Below, piece by piece: positions 25,734-34,743 of a stretch of DNA of 42,680 bases. The translations under genes and the position numbers were made by a program. The DNA is from Clostridia bacterium (GTDB taxonomy: Bacteria; Bacillota; Clostridia; Christensenellales; CAG-314): positions 1 to 42,680 of the forward strand of contig JAFTHO010000098.1 in NCBI GenBank assembly GCA_017457385.1. The letters run 5' to 3'. Position 1 is the stretch's first letter, and each line of letters begins with the position of its first letter. The notes under the pieces were generated by a model, which saw only the letters and a list, made by a program, of their open reading frames with translations, did not search any database and was not told the origin of the DNA.

Positions 25734-26087
25734 CTATCCGATATAAGCCAAGATATCTCCAGTATCTACGTTTGTGCCTTTTTGTGTAGCAAAAGTGATT
25801 TTACCATCTGCAGATGCAGCAATTTCGTTTTCCATTTTCATAGCTTCGAGAATAATTACTGCCTGGCCTTTTTTAACTGTATCACCTTCGTTAACGAGGA
25901 ATTTCATAACCATACCTGGCATTGGTGATTTAAGAGCTTCGCCACTGCCTTTTACTGCTGGTTTTGCAGCTGGAGCTGGAGCAGCTGCTTTTGGAGCAGA
26001 AACAACTTGAACACTTTCACCAGCGCCAACTTCTTCTACTTCTACCTGATAACTGTTTCCGTTTACGTTTACAACAAATTTTCTCAT
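25734..26087 (-). CDS. Biotin carboxyl carrier subunit of the decarboxylase
   Basis: An Ala/Pro linker (APKAAAPAPAAKPA) is followed by the biotinylation motif EAMKMENEI. Start set at ATG 26085-26087 (RBS TGGAG plus 9 nt). Confidence 0.88.
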   Translation of the reverse strand: MRKFVVNVNGNSYQVEVEEVGAGESVQVVSAPKAAAPAPAAKPAVKGSGEALKSPMPGMVMKFLVNEGDTVKKGQAVIILEAMKMENEIAASADGKITFATQKGTNVDTGDILAYIG

Positions 26088-26089
26088 AA

Positions 26090-26422
26090 TTATTTGCTCC
26101 ATTTAAGTTTTTCTATTTTTTTGATAACAAACTCTGCATCAGAGTCTGTTGTATCGTCATCCTGCAACATTGTATAAATGCATGCAGAAATAACTGCTAC
26201 AATTTCATCGTCATTTTGCTCAACTACTTCTTGAGTTGCGGTAACTGCAGGTTTTGGTTCGTCTTTAACTTTTGGTTTTGCTTTTTTGTTTTCAAGTGCC
26301 ATAAACACTTTGCTTTGCAAAAACAAATAAGCAATGATGATACACAAAACGCCAAAGACAATCAAAATACCCATACCGGCAACAACAAGAGCATCACCAA
26401 AGGTAAAATTGTCTATATTCAT
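26090..26422 (-). CDS. Small membrane subunit of the decarboxylase (OadG/MmdD-like)
   Basis: 110 aa with one N-terminal TM segment (VVAGMGILIVFGVLCIIIAYLFL) and a charged tail. Its position between the carboxyltransferase and biotin carrier genes supports the call. Confidence 0.5.
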   Translation of the reverse strand: MNIDNFTFGDALVVAGMGILIVFGVLCIIIAYLFLQSKVFMALENKKAKPKVKDEPKPAVTATQEVVEQNDDEIVAVISACIYTMLQDDDTTDSDAEFVIKKIEKLKWSK

Positions 26423-26432
26423 ATGTCACCTC

Positions 26433-27800
26433 TTATTTGTTGAACATTGCCTGCAATTCTGCAATCAAATGAATACGTGTATATTTTGCTTCGATAACTT
26501 TGTCAATAAGGCCTTTTTCTGCCGCATAATATGGATCAGAATCAACCTGTTCGTATTTTGCAATAGCGTCTTCACGTGCCTGAACAGGATTGTCTGCTTT
26601 TGCAATTTCGTCACCATATACAACAAGACCACCAACTTCTTTGGCAACAGGAGCAACAACTGCACTTTCCCATGCAATCACGCTGTCGCACCCAAGTGAT
26701 TTAGAAGCAAGCAAAGTATAACCGATACCAATAGCATTGCCAGTGATAACAGAAATGCGTTTTACACCCTCTATGCTCTGTACGTATTTTGCAACGTCTG
26801 ACAACATAGAAGATTGTTCCAATCTCATAGAAACAGGAGCACCTTGGCAATCTACCAGACTGATGAGTGGCAAACCACCGAGATAGCAGATATCTGCAAT
26901 TTTTGAGATTTTGCTGAGTGAACCAGGGCAAAGCACGCCACCGAGTTCGTCTTTATTTGTTGCAACGATACCGACAGAATATCCACCGATTTTAGCAAGA
27001 CCTGCAACAACGTTTTTTGCATAGTCTGCATAACATTCGATAAAACTGTCTTTATCTGCAATTTGTTTGATTTTGTCAACTGCACTTGCACTTTCAATTT
27101 TGCCGAGAGCTTTATTTAGATCTGCATCTGACAAATCTTCGCCAACACCATACAAAGTATCAAGCAATTTAGAAATATGTGCACTGAGTTCTTCTTTTTT
27201 AACAACAAAAGTGCAGGCACCAGTTTCGCCTTGCAATTTTGCACCAAACAAAACGTTTGCATTGCCAGAAAGATTTTCCTGTGCAGAAAGTACTGCAGGG
27301 CTGTTGATTGCCATTACACTTTCTTCTGTCATATAGACAAAATCACAAAGTGATGCAAACAAAGCCATACTACCCAAAGCATTGCCTTTTACTATGCAGA
27401 TGCTTGGTTGATTTGTTTCTTTTGCGCTTGCCAAAATGCTTGCATAACTGTCAAGCAAAGCAACGCCTTCTTCAATTTTGCCACCACAAGAGTCCAATAC
27501 AAATACAGTAGGCAAGTTGTTGTCATATGCAGTATTGCATGCTTTAACAAATTTTTCTGCCTGCTGTTTGCTCATTCCTCCTTGTGTAACTTCGCTGTTT
27601 TGAGCAACAACAAAAACAAGTTTGCCACCGATTGAAGCCTGACCCCATACAACTGATTTGCCACCGTTTTCGCTTGCAAAAAACTCATTGCTTTCTACAA
27701 AACTCTGGTCGTCAATAACGTTGCCAAGGAAGTCTTTAACGTTTTTTGTGCATTGTTTGTGCTGTTTTTGTCTTTCAGCCAACAATTGTTTTCTGTCCAT
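26433..27800 (-). CDS. Acyl-CoA carboxyltransferase (12S / MmdA / GcdA / PccB-like), short form
   Basis: The two-lobed carboxyl-transferase pattern is present (GGKLVFVVAQNSEVTQGGMS, VFVLDSCGGKIEEG, GLPLISLVDCQGA, ITGNAIGIGY). At 455 aa it is shorter than the ~510-590 aa I expect for characterised members. Confidence 0.75.
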   Translation of the reverse strand: MDRKQLLAERQKQHKQCTKNVKDFLGNVIDDQSFVESNEFFASENGGKSVVWGQASIGGKLVFVVAQNSEVTQGGMSKQQAEKFVKACNTAYDNNLPTVFVLDSCGGKIEEGVALLDSYASILASAKETNQPSICIVKGNALGSMALFASLCDFVYMTEESVMAINSPAVLSAQENLSGNANVLFGAKLQGETGACTFVVKKEELSAHISKLLDTLYGVGEDLSDADLNKALGKIESASAVDKIKQIADKDSFIECYADYAKNVVAGLAKIGGYSVGIVATNKDELGGVLCPGSLSKISKIADICYLGGLPLISLVDCQGAPVSMRLEQSSMLSDVAKYVQSIEGVKRISVITGNAIGIGYTLLASKSLGCDSVIAWESAVVAPVAKEVGGLVVYGDEIAKADNPVQAREDAIAKYEQVDSDPYYAAEKGLIDKVIEAKYTRIHLIAELQAMFNK

Positions 27801-27871
27801 AGTTCCTCCCTATGTTAAAGTTTGTCTATATATGCCAATTTCGACCTATAAAAACAACTATATATAGATAT

Positions 27872-27900
27872 AGTATAAATGCTAAAAAATACTTTGTAAA
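27872..27900 (-). promoter_or_regulatory. SigmaA-like promoter of the decarboxylase operon
   Basis: Minus strand reads TTTACA (27895-27900), a 17-nt spacer, then TATACT (27872-27877). Confidence 0.45.
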
Positions 27901-27933
27901 TACCCAAAATAAAGTTTTTGTTCAGTTTTTTTG

Positions 27934-27969
27934 CAAAAAAAATTGCGACAAACAATAGTTTATCGCAAT
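27934..27969 (-). terminator. Rho-independent terminator after rluB
   Basis: 12-bp stem 27942-27953 / 27958-27969 (one G.U on the minus strand) with loop aata, followed by a 7-nt U-run. Confidence 0.75.
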
Positions 27970-27974
27970 TTTTG

Positions 27975-28685
27975 TTATTTAAGTTCTCTTAGATATGCAA
28001 TTTCTTTGTCGTTGAGGTGTCTCCACTTGCCTCGACCAAGACCGCCAAGACGAATTTCGCCCATTTCTGTACGTTTGAGAAATGCCACGTTTTTGCCGAT
28101 AGCCTCAAACATTTTTTTGACCTGATGGTTTCTGCCTTCATGAATAGTGAGTTCTACTTTGCAACCATCATCATATTTTTCAACGAGTTTTGCTTTGGCA
28201 GGTGCAGTTTTTTTGCCGTCGACTTCTACACCTCTTCTGAGTTGCTCAAGATCTCTTTCTTCAATTTCACCTTCGATACGGGCTACGTATTTTTTTGTCA
28301 CTTCGTATTTTGGATGAGTGAGTTTATAAGTCAAATCACCATCGTTTGTCAAAATCAAAAGACCTTCTGTATCATAGTCAAGACGACCAACAGGATAAAC
28401 CCTTGCTTTTACGTCAACAAGTTCCATTACTGTTTTGCGTTCTTTTTCGTCTTTTACAGTTGTTACATATCCTTTTGGTTTGTGCAACATGATATAAACG
28501 TTTTTGCTTTTGAGCACGATTTTTCTGCCGTCAACAGTAACTGTATCGTTGTCTTCGTTCACCATAAAGCCAAGTTCGTTTACAAGTTTTCTGTTAACTC
28601 TTACTCTGCCTTCCAAAATGATTTTGTCACAGTTTCGGCGACTGTCAACACCACAATCTGCCATATATTTGTTAAGTCTGATCAT
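27975..28685 (-). CDS. rluB: Pseudouridine synthase, RsuA/RluB family, with N-terminal S4 domain
   Basis: S4 domain (RLNKYMADCGVDSRRNCDKIILEGRVRVN) and catalytic motif VGRLDYDTEGLLILTNDG. Start set at ATG 28683-28685 (RBS GGAGA plus 6 nt). Confidence 0.88.
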   Translation of the reverse strand: MIRLNKYMADCGVDSRRNCDKIILEGRVRVNRKLVNELGFMVNEDNDTVTVDGRKIVLKSKNVYIMLHKPKGYVTTVKDEKERKTVMELVDVKARVYPVGRLDYDTEGLLILTNDGDLTYKLTHPKYEVTKKYVARIEGEIEERDLEQLRRGVEVDGKKTAPAKAKLVEKYDDGCKVELTIHEGRNHQVKKMFEAIGKNVAFLKRTEMGEIRLGGLGRGKWRHLNDKEIAYLRELK

Positions 28686-28713
28686 ATTTTTCTCCAAACG
28701 GCAAAACTGCCTC

Positions 28714-29784
28714 TTATACTATATTAAGTGTAATAATTTTTGAAGAAAAAATCAACTGATTGTCAAAGTAAATTTGAGTTTTGCCAACAATTTGATTGTT
28801 TTTTGACAAAAAATCAATCTGTTGCGGCAAAGTTGACACAATTTTTATCTGATCGTTTTCACTGCCGTCTTTTTTTAGCGGATAACTAAAACAACCTGCT
28901 GTTTTTGCCTGTACAAATTTGTTTTTGCCTTTTTTTACTTTCATCGTATGATAAACGTCATCTACGCTTAACAGATTTTTCATTTCGTACTCATCAAAGC
29001 AATTTTGCATAAGAGTCATACTTTCTTCAAACATAGGCCCACAATTAAGCAAAACGACGACGAGTTGCATTCCATCTCTTTCGGCTGAGCCAACAAAACA
29101 TCTGCCTGCTTTTTTTGTATACCCGGTTTTTATGCCGTTTGCACCATCAAAAAGTTTGAGTATTTTGTTTTTGTTGACCAGATATCTCTCATAGTCGTAT
29201 CCGTCGTTGGCAATTTTTGCACTTTTTGACGACACAATTTGTTTAACAACCGGATTTTTTATGGCACAACAACTGATAAGACCAAGATCGTATGCGCTTG
29301 TATAATGATTGTCATCAGGCAAACCGTGTGGATTGACAAAATTTGTGTTTATGCAACCAATCTGTTTTGCTTTTAGATTCATCATATCTGCAAAATTTTC
29401 TATACTCTTGCCAACGTGCAAAGCCAAAGCAACCGCACAATCGTTTCCACTGCGCAACATAAGTCCATACAAAAGTTCTTTTACAGTCAGTTTTTCACCC
29501 TGCCTGAGATAAACAGAAGATCCTTCAACACCAACGGCTTGTTTTGGTATTGTGACAACCTCATTTATATCCGCATTTTCCGCCACCACAAGAGCCGTCA
29601 TAATTTTTGTAGTGCTTGCCTCTGGCAGACGCATATCTTTGTTTTTTTCAAAAAGCAACCTTCCACTGTTTGCCTCAAAAACAACGCATGCTTTTGCAGT
29701 TGTATTTTGCACTGCCAACGTTTTTGAAGGAACAAAAACAAAGCAAAACAAAAAAGCCAGATATATAAACAAAAACTTTTTCAT
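28714..29784 (-). CDS. D-alanyl-D-alanine carboxypeptidase (PBP5-type; DacB/DacF-like), copy 1
   Basis: Signal peptide, SxxK (ASTTKIM), SxN (SGNDCA) and KTG (IKTGYT) motifs. The ATG at 29782-29784 lies 2 nt after the ytfJ stop. Confidence 0.88.
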   Translation of the reverse strand: MKKFLFIYLAFLFCFVFVPSKTLAVQNTTAKACVVFEANSGRLLFEKNKDMRLPEASTTKIMTALVVAENADINEVVTIPKQAVGVEGSSVYLRQGEKLTVKELLYGLMLRSGNDCAVALALHVGKSIENFADMMNLKAKQIGCINTNFVNPHGLPDDNHYTSAYDLGLISCCAIKNPVVKQIVSSKSAKIANDGYDYERYLVNKNKILKLFDGANGIKTGYTKKAGRCFVGSAERDGMQLVVVLLNCGPMFEESMTLMQNCFDEYEMKNLLSVDDVYHTMKVKKGKNKFVQAKTAGCFSYPLKKDGSENDQIKIVSTLPQQIDFLSKNNQIVGKTQIYFDNQLIFSSKIITLNIV

Positions 29785-29786
29785 AC

Positions 29787-30164
29787 TCACCTGTTCAAAC
29801 TCAAAAAAATGTCTTTGGCAAGGTCGGCAAATTTGTCAACCTCTGTCTCGTGTCCGTTTGTGTTGATGAGTTGCACTCTGTCTTTTGTCACTACCAAAAA
29901 ACCAACCGGCGATATAGATGCACCCGCACCCGATGCCCCTACAAACTGATTGATAATTCCATTTGACATCAGTCCTGGTTTTTTTGTGCCATATTCGCCA
30001 CCACCGGCAATAAAGCCAAAAGAAATCTGAGAAATTGGCAAAATTGTGCAGCCATCACAAGTGACGTATGGCTGACCGATAATGCTGTTTGCATCCGTAA
30101 GATTTTTGAGATGACAGGTCAACCCATCGACGATTTCTTTAATTTTGTTTTGATTGTTTTGCAT
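29787..30164 (-). CDS. ytfJ: Sporulation protein YtfJ (GerW family)
   Basis: ILPISQISFGFIAGGGEYG...ASGAGASISPVGFLVV matches the YtfJ/GerW pattern. Start set at the second ATG (30162-30164), with GGAG 7 nt upstream. Confidence 0.8.
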   Translation of the reverse strand: MQNNQNKIKEIVDGLTCHLKNLTDANSIIGQPYVTCDGCTILPISQISFGFIAGGGEYGTKKPGLMSNGIINQFVGASGAGASISPVGFLVVTKDRVQLINTNGHETEVDKFADLAKDIFLSLNR

Positions 30165-30619
30165 AACCATACTCCAAAAGAAAAAATGACGTTAACTATA
30201 ATTTTTGCAATTGAGGTATAAATTATCCCTTCGGTGGCAATAATTTTATATTTGTTGTCACAACGAATATAAATGCGATATTTTTCATCATACAAATCAA
30301 AAAAATATTCGTTTACAAATGAAATTGCATGGAAGATATATCTGTCACACGTTGTATTGCAAACGCATATAAAATATAGTTTTTTTATTTTAAACAGTTT
30401 TTTTATATTGATTGTTTTGTTTTTTGATGAAAGTTTTTTTATAATTCCCTTTTTGTCAGCCAACAATTTTTTTAATGCAAAAGATTTGTTATAAACCGTA
30501 ACAAAATTGAAAAATCTGCTTTTTGCACATAATATTTTTTGTTTTAAATCAAAAGACACACAAAAAACAAACTTTAACGGAAAAAACAATATAAAAAGCA
30601 ACAAAAAAAACAATGCCAT
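30119..30619 (-). CDS. Hypothetical Lys/Ile-rich membrane protein, possibly YtfI-like (DUF2953)
   Basis: 166-aa ORF with an N-terminal TM segment, lying upstream of ytfJ as ytfI does in B. subtilis. Sequence similarity is weak, there is no SD, and the start codon sits in a terminator loop. Confidence 0.35.
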   Translation of the reverse strand: MALFFLLLFILFFPLKFVFCVSFDLKQKILCAKSRFFNFVTVYNKSFALKKLLADKKGIIKKLSSKNKTINIKKLFKIKKLYFICVCNTTCDRYIFHAISFVNEYFFDLYDEKYRIYIRCDNKYKIIATEGIIYTSIAKIIVNVIFSFGVWLCKTIKTKLKKSSMG

Positions 30620-30638
30620 AAAATTAGCATTGTTTTTT
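30605..30638 (-). terminator. Rho-independent terminator after scpB
   Basis: aaaaaacaatgc (30605-30616) pairs with gcattgtttttt (30627-30638) with a 10-nt loop. The U-run continues on the minus strand. Confidence 0.65.
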
Positions 30639-30660
30639 ATACAAAATTTATTCGTTTTTG

Positions 30661-31311
30661 TTATTCGATAATTTCAATCTGTTCGCCAATGAGATGTTCT
30701 GGCAAAGGTTCTTTATCCAAAGAGTCAAAGTCGATTTCTTCGTTTGACTTCATATCGAACAAGCCTTTGTCTTTGTTGTCCGGTATTGTGACTATGCGAT
30801 CTGTAAGAGTTTCATAATCTGGCAGATCGTTGATGTCGTTGAGAGAAAATCTTTTTAAAAACTCGTCCGTTGTGCCAAACAACAATGGTTTGCCAATTGC
30901 ATCTTTTTTGCCAACAACTTCTATCATATTCATTTTTGACAATGTTTGTACAGCATAAGTGCAGTCAACGCCCCTGATTTCTTCAATTTCAAGACGAGTG
31001 ATAGGTTGTTTGTATGCAATGATAGACAAAGTTTCAAGCATTGCTTTTGTGAGCTCTTTTTCTCTTATAGGGTTGAGCACGTCTGCAACTGCATCGATAT
31101 ATTGTGGATTTGTTGCAAATTGCAATTTGTTTTTAAACTTTAAAATATGTATACCGCAATCCTCGCTGTATTTTTTTTGCAATTGTGCAAAAGCTTTGTT
31201 GAAATCTGCTCTGGCAACCTGCAGTTTTTCCAACAAAAAGTCAATTTCTATTTCTTTTCCTGAAGCAAACAAAACAGCCTCGAGTTTGTTTGCCAAATTT
31301 TGTTTATCCAT
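30661..31311 (-). CDS. scpB: Segregation and condensation protein B
   Basis: LEAVLFASGKEI, LSIIAYKQPITRLEIEEIRGV and its position after scpA support the call. Confidence 0.9.
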   Translation of the reverse strand: MDKQNLANKLEAVLFASGKEIEIDFLLEKLQVARADFNKAFAQLQKKYSEDCGIHILKFKNKLQFATNPQYIDAVADVLNPIREKELTKAMLETLSIIAYKQPITRLEIEEIRGVDCTYAVQTLSKMNMIEVVGKKDAIGKPLLFGTTDEFLKRFSLNDINDLPDYETLTDRIVTIPDNKDKGLFDMKSNEEIDFDSLDKEPLPEHLIGEQIEIIE

Positions 31312-32095
31312 TTATTTCTTCCTCTTTGTCATAGTCTTCAAGTGGAATGTTGTATTCTTCGTTATAATCAGGATTTTTTTCTATAAAAATCTCTTCAAAC
31401 GCATCGTTTTGTTTTACGAATATATATTGAAATTTGAGCAATTCGAGCATGGCAGAAAAAGTAACAACCACTTCCATTTTAGAAATCGAATCGTCAAACA
31501 AGTCAGAAAACAAAACCGTTTGCTTTTTGTTGAGTGCATCCTGAATAAACAAAATTTTGTCTGCCACGCTGAACAAGTCTTTTTGTATATGTTTTGCCTG
31601 ATCGTCATCGTTTCGGACACTCACTTTGTGCAAAAGTTTTGCAAAAGCATCAAGCAAATTGTCAAGTGACATATCTTTTGCAATATATCTTGCATTTTGC
31701 TTGCCTTCTTCTGCAGTTTTGTACACTCTGTTGATGGTTTCTTTGGTCTTTAACTTTTCAGAAACCTCTTTAAATCGTTTGTATTCTTCCAGATCACGGA
31801 TAAATTCTTGTTCAGGAGACTCCTGCTCTGTTTCACTTGGCATAACAGGCAACAAAGAGTGTGATTTGATTTCCATCAAAGTTGCCGCAATTGCCATATA
31901 TTCGCTTGCTTTTTCTACGTCAATTGTAGAAAGCTGGTTCATATACACCAAAAACTGGTCTGTAACCTGCGAAACGAAAATATCTTTGATTTCTATTTTT
32001 GCTTCTTTTACAAGGTGCAAAAGCAAATCAAGCGGACCTTCAAAATTGTTAAGTTTTAATTCCAGATCATTGGCTTTGTAAATTTGTTCTTCCAC
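31304..32095 (-). CDS. scpA: Segregation and condensation protein A
   Basis: FEGPLDLLLHLVKEAKIEIKDI is the ScpA signature. A GTG start follows GAGGTAAAAA. Confidence 0.9.
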   Translation of the reverse strand: MEEQIYKANDLELKLNNFEGPLDLLLHLVKEAKIEIKDIFVSQVTDQFLVYMNQLSTIDVEKASEYMAIAATLMEIKSHSLLPVMPSETEQESPEQEFIRDLEEYKRFKEVSEKLKTKETINRVYKTAEEGKQNARYIAKDMSLDNLLDAFAKLLHKVSVRNDDDQAKHIQKDLFSVADKILFIQDALNKKQTVLFSDLFDDSISKMEVVVTFSAMLELLKFQYIFVKQNDAFEEIFIEKNPDYNEEYNIPLEDYDKEEEING

Positions 32096-32103
32096 TTTTT
32101 ACC

Positions 32104-32838
32104 TCACACCAAACCAAAAATGCCCCAAAATGCCATAAATGCATCGATTATGATATTTCTCAATGAAACGATATACCAGCTGAACGGTGAAAAAATCGGC
32201 AAATAATCGAGCAAAATAACTGCAATCAAAATATAAAAACTGTATTGTCTCAAAAACAACAATACTTTGTTGCTTGGTTTGCAATATGCCTCTAAAATGC
32301 GATATCCGTCCAGAGGAAAGATTGGCAAAATGTTAAACAATGCAAAACCAACGTTGAGCAAAACAGAATAAAACAAAAAGAAATATATGATATACACTAG
32401 CATATACAAAAATCTGTTTTGCAAAAGCAAGTCAACAGGCACAAAGTTTGCAATGCACAAAAACAAGCCTGTATAAATAAACGCAACGAAAACGTTCATC
32501 AAAACCCCTGCTGAAGACACAAATGCAGAGTCTCTGCGAGGATTGTTGAGATTGTAATAGTTGACAGGCACAGGTTTTGCCCATCCAAAACCTGCAATGA
32601 GCAACATTGCTGCACCAAAAAAGTCAAGGTGCTTTATTGGATTGACTGACATTCTGCCATAAAGTTTTGCCGTGTTGTCGCCACACTTGTATGCAACGAA
32701 AGCATGTGCATATTCGTGCACAGACAATGCCATGAGCAAAGCAAAAACAAATGCAATCATACACAAAAAGCCTTCTGCCTGTGTTGTTGCAACACTGCTA
32801 ATAAGTGCAGGTGGATTTTTAAAAATATCAAATATCAT
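32104..32838 (-). CDS. Site-2 protease family membrane metalloprotease (peptidase M50)
   Basis: HEYAHAFVA (HExxH) and the downstream NILPIFPLDGYRI (LDG motif) are present. Start set at ATG 32836-32838; it could be up to 30 codons longer. Confidence 0.8.
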   Translation of the reverse strand: MIFDIFKNPPALISSVATTQAEGFLCMIAFVFALLMALSVHEYAHAFVAYKCGDNTAKLYGRMSVNPIKHLDFFGAAMLLIAGFGWAKPVPVNYYNLNNPRRDSAFVSSAGVLMNVFVAFIYTGLFLCIANFVPVDLLLQNRFLYMLVYIIYFFLFYSVLLNVGFALFNILPIFPLDGYRILEAYCKPSNKVLLFLRQYSFYILIAVILLDYLPIFSPFSWYIVSLRNIIIDAFMAFWGIFGLV

Positions 32839-32909
32839 ACTTTTTACCTTTTTAAACAATATAACAACAAAAAATTGATTTGTCAATTTTACACAAGAAT
32901 ATATAAATA

Positions 32910-32945
32910 TATTAAATAAAGAGAGCAAAATGCTCTCTTTTTGTT
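32910..32945 (-). terminator. Hairpin terminator after the second dac gene
   Basis: aaagagagca (32918-32927) pairs with tgctctcttt (32931-32940). T-rich tracts lie on both sides. Confidence 0.6.
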
Positions 32946-34086
32946 ACCAGCTGGATATTATTTCATTAAAGTTGTCGACAAAACCTGCTTTTTGCACGTC
33001 AATTGCACAAAGGATGTCTGTCTGTGCAAGAATTTCGCCTTGATTTTTGATAAAAGCTTTGCCAATTATGTCACCTTTTTTGACGGGTGCTTTTATATTT
33101 TCAAAATATTCTGTTTGCAATTCGCCTTTGTTATCTCCCTTTTTGCCAAATAAAGTGAGGTTATCTTTCACAAAACCACTCAGTTCTTTATTTTTTCCAC
33201 CAAAAACGGTTGCTTTTTGCTCTAAAACTTCACCTTTTTTTAAAAAAACTTTGTTTTGATAATTTGCAAAACCAAAATCAAACAGTTTTTTGTTTTCTTC
33301 AAAGCGTGTTTTGCTGTCTGGACCACCAACAATTACCGAAATCAATCGCATATCGTTTCGTTTTGCAGTTGCCGCCAGACAATGCTTTGCCTCTGACGTA
33401 TATCCTGTTTTGCCTGCATCACAACCATTGTATTGTCGTATGAGTTTGTTTGTATTTGTAAGCCCTGTTACTCTGCCACCGGGATGAACAAAATCATCCA
33501 TCCATATTGACGTATATTTAAAATAATCGTCGTATTTTATCAACTCACCAAACATTTTTGCCACGTCATTTGCAGTAGAAAACTGTCCTGCAACAGGCAA
33601 ACCGGTGCAGTTGACAAAAACTGTATCGTTCATTTGCAGTTGATTTGCTTTTTTGTTCATCAGATTAACAAAATCTTCTACACTGCCACTGATATGTTCT
33701 GCCATGGCAACACAACTGTCGTTTGCAGATGAAATTGCAATGCTTTTTAAAAGATCGTCAACTTTGTATTGACTGCCCGCATCAAGAAAAGCCTGCGAGC
33801 CACCCATAGAAGATGCTCTTTCACTTATTGTGACCATATCGTCAAAAGAAATTTTTTTGTCTGCAATGCTGTCAAAACACAAAAGCAAAGTCATTATTTT
33901 GACCATGCTTGCAATCGGTCTTTTTTCATCTGCATTGTACTGATACAAAATTTCGCCTGAGTCTGCCGACATAAGCAAAGCAGATTTTGACAAAATTTCT
34001 ATCTGACTTGCACTGGCTTTTGCAAAAGGAAAAAAACAAAAAATTGCAAGCACGCAAACAACGAAAACTAAAAATTTGTTTTTCAT
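32944..34086 (-). CDS. D-alanyl-D-alanine carboxypeptidase (PBP5-type; DacB/DacF-like), copy 2
   Basis: Signal peptide, SxxK (ASMVKIM), SxN (SSANDS), KTG (GKTGYT) and the C-terminal PBP5_C beta domain. Confidence 0.88.
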   Translation of the reverse strand: MKNKFLVFVVCVLAIFCFFPFAKASASQIEILSKSALLMSADSGEILYQYNADEKRPIASMVKIMTLLLCFDSIADKKISFDDMVTISERASSMGGSQAFLDAGSQYKVDDLLKSIAISSANDSCVAMAEHISGSVEDFVNLMNKKANQLQMNDTVFVNCTGLPVAGQFSTANDVAKMFGELIKYDDYFKYTSIWMDDFVHPGGRVTGLTNTNKLIRQYNGCDAGKTGYTSEAKHCLAATAKRNDMRLISVIVGGPDSKTRFEENKKLFDFGFANYQNKVFLKKGEVLEQKATVFGGKNKELSGFVKDNLTLFGKKGDNKGELQTEYFENIKAPVKKGDIIGKAFIKNQGEILAQTDILCAIDVQKAGFVDNFNEIISSW

Positions 34087-34126
34087 AATCCACCTCTTTA
34101 GTTTAGTATTTTGCAGACGAAAAATT

Positions 34127-34678
34127 TTATACCAAAATTAAAAACAACCTCAAAACTACAAAAACAATCAACGCAAAAATAATGGCAAACAAAATGCAAC
34201 AAATCAACAGATATATCAAAAAATCGTCAAAATAACATCTTTTTGATATATTATGTTTGTAATAATATATCATGATTTGGCAAATTTGATATAAAACAGC
34301 CAATTCTAACAACAAAAATACCAAAAATATCAACAAAGACGCCAAAACAGAAAAACTGCAAAAAACGTGCTTTAATGCAAAACAAAAAAGCAATCCCCTT
34401 GCAAAAACAAGCGACAAACCCACAATAAAAAGCCTTTTTGCCGATATGCACAAAACACAAATTGCAGATGAAATTACAAAAATAAGCAATGAAAAAACAA
34501 GGCATTTAAAAAAGCTTTCGTTTAAAATCCAGTCATAAAAAACTATGGATTTTACATTTAAAAACACCCCTGCCACAACACCGCAAGCAAAGATAAAAAC
34601 AACAGAAAAAACAGTTTTTTTGTTTATTTTAAACTGGCACAGCAAATCAAAAAAAGTGTCGAAAAGATTAGTTATCAT
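34127..34678 (-). CDS. Hypothetical polytopic membrane protein (about 5 TM; SpoIIM-like topology, unproven)
   Basis: 183-aa very hydrophobic ORF downstream of the spoIVB terminator. I recognise no motif. Confidence 0.45.
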   Translation of the reverse strand: MITNLFDTFFDLLCQFKINKKTVFSVVFIFACGVVAGVFLNVKSIVFYDWILNESFFKCLVFSLLIFVISSAICVLCISAKRLFIVGLSLVFARGLLFCFALKHVFCSFSVLASLLIFLVFLLLELAVLYQICQIMIYYYKHNISKRCYFDDFLIYLLICCILFAIIFALIVFVVLRLFLILV

Positions 34679-34713
34679 AGCATATTTTATTTGTTATAAT
34701 GCAGATAAATTCA

Positions 34714-34743
34714 TTAAAAAAACAGGACTTTAAAGTCCTGTTT
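34714..34743 (-). terminator. Rho-independent terminator after spoIVB
   Basis: acaggactt (34722-34730) pairs with aagtcctgt (34733-34741). A 7-nt U-run follows on the minus strand. Confidence 0.75.

Noticed and set aside
27858-27867. 10-bp perfect palindrome ctatatatag just downstream of the decarboxylase operon -10, considered as a possible operator
   Set aside because: A TA-repeat palindrome in AT-rich promoter DNA is expected by chance. No matching regulator gene lies nearby.
28017-28727. 236-aa plus-strand ORF opposite rluB. Similar long shadow ORFs lie at 30959-31669 (opposite scpB/scpA), 12499-13092 (alternate frame in pnuC), 7202-7738 and 7455-8033 (over spoVAD).
   Set aside because: Each overlaps a gene with clear family motifs on the other strand or frame. 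None has an RBS or a recognisable domain.
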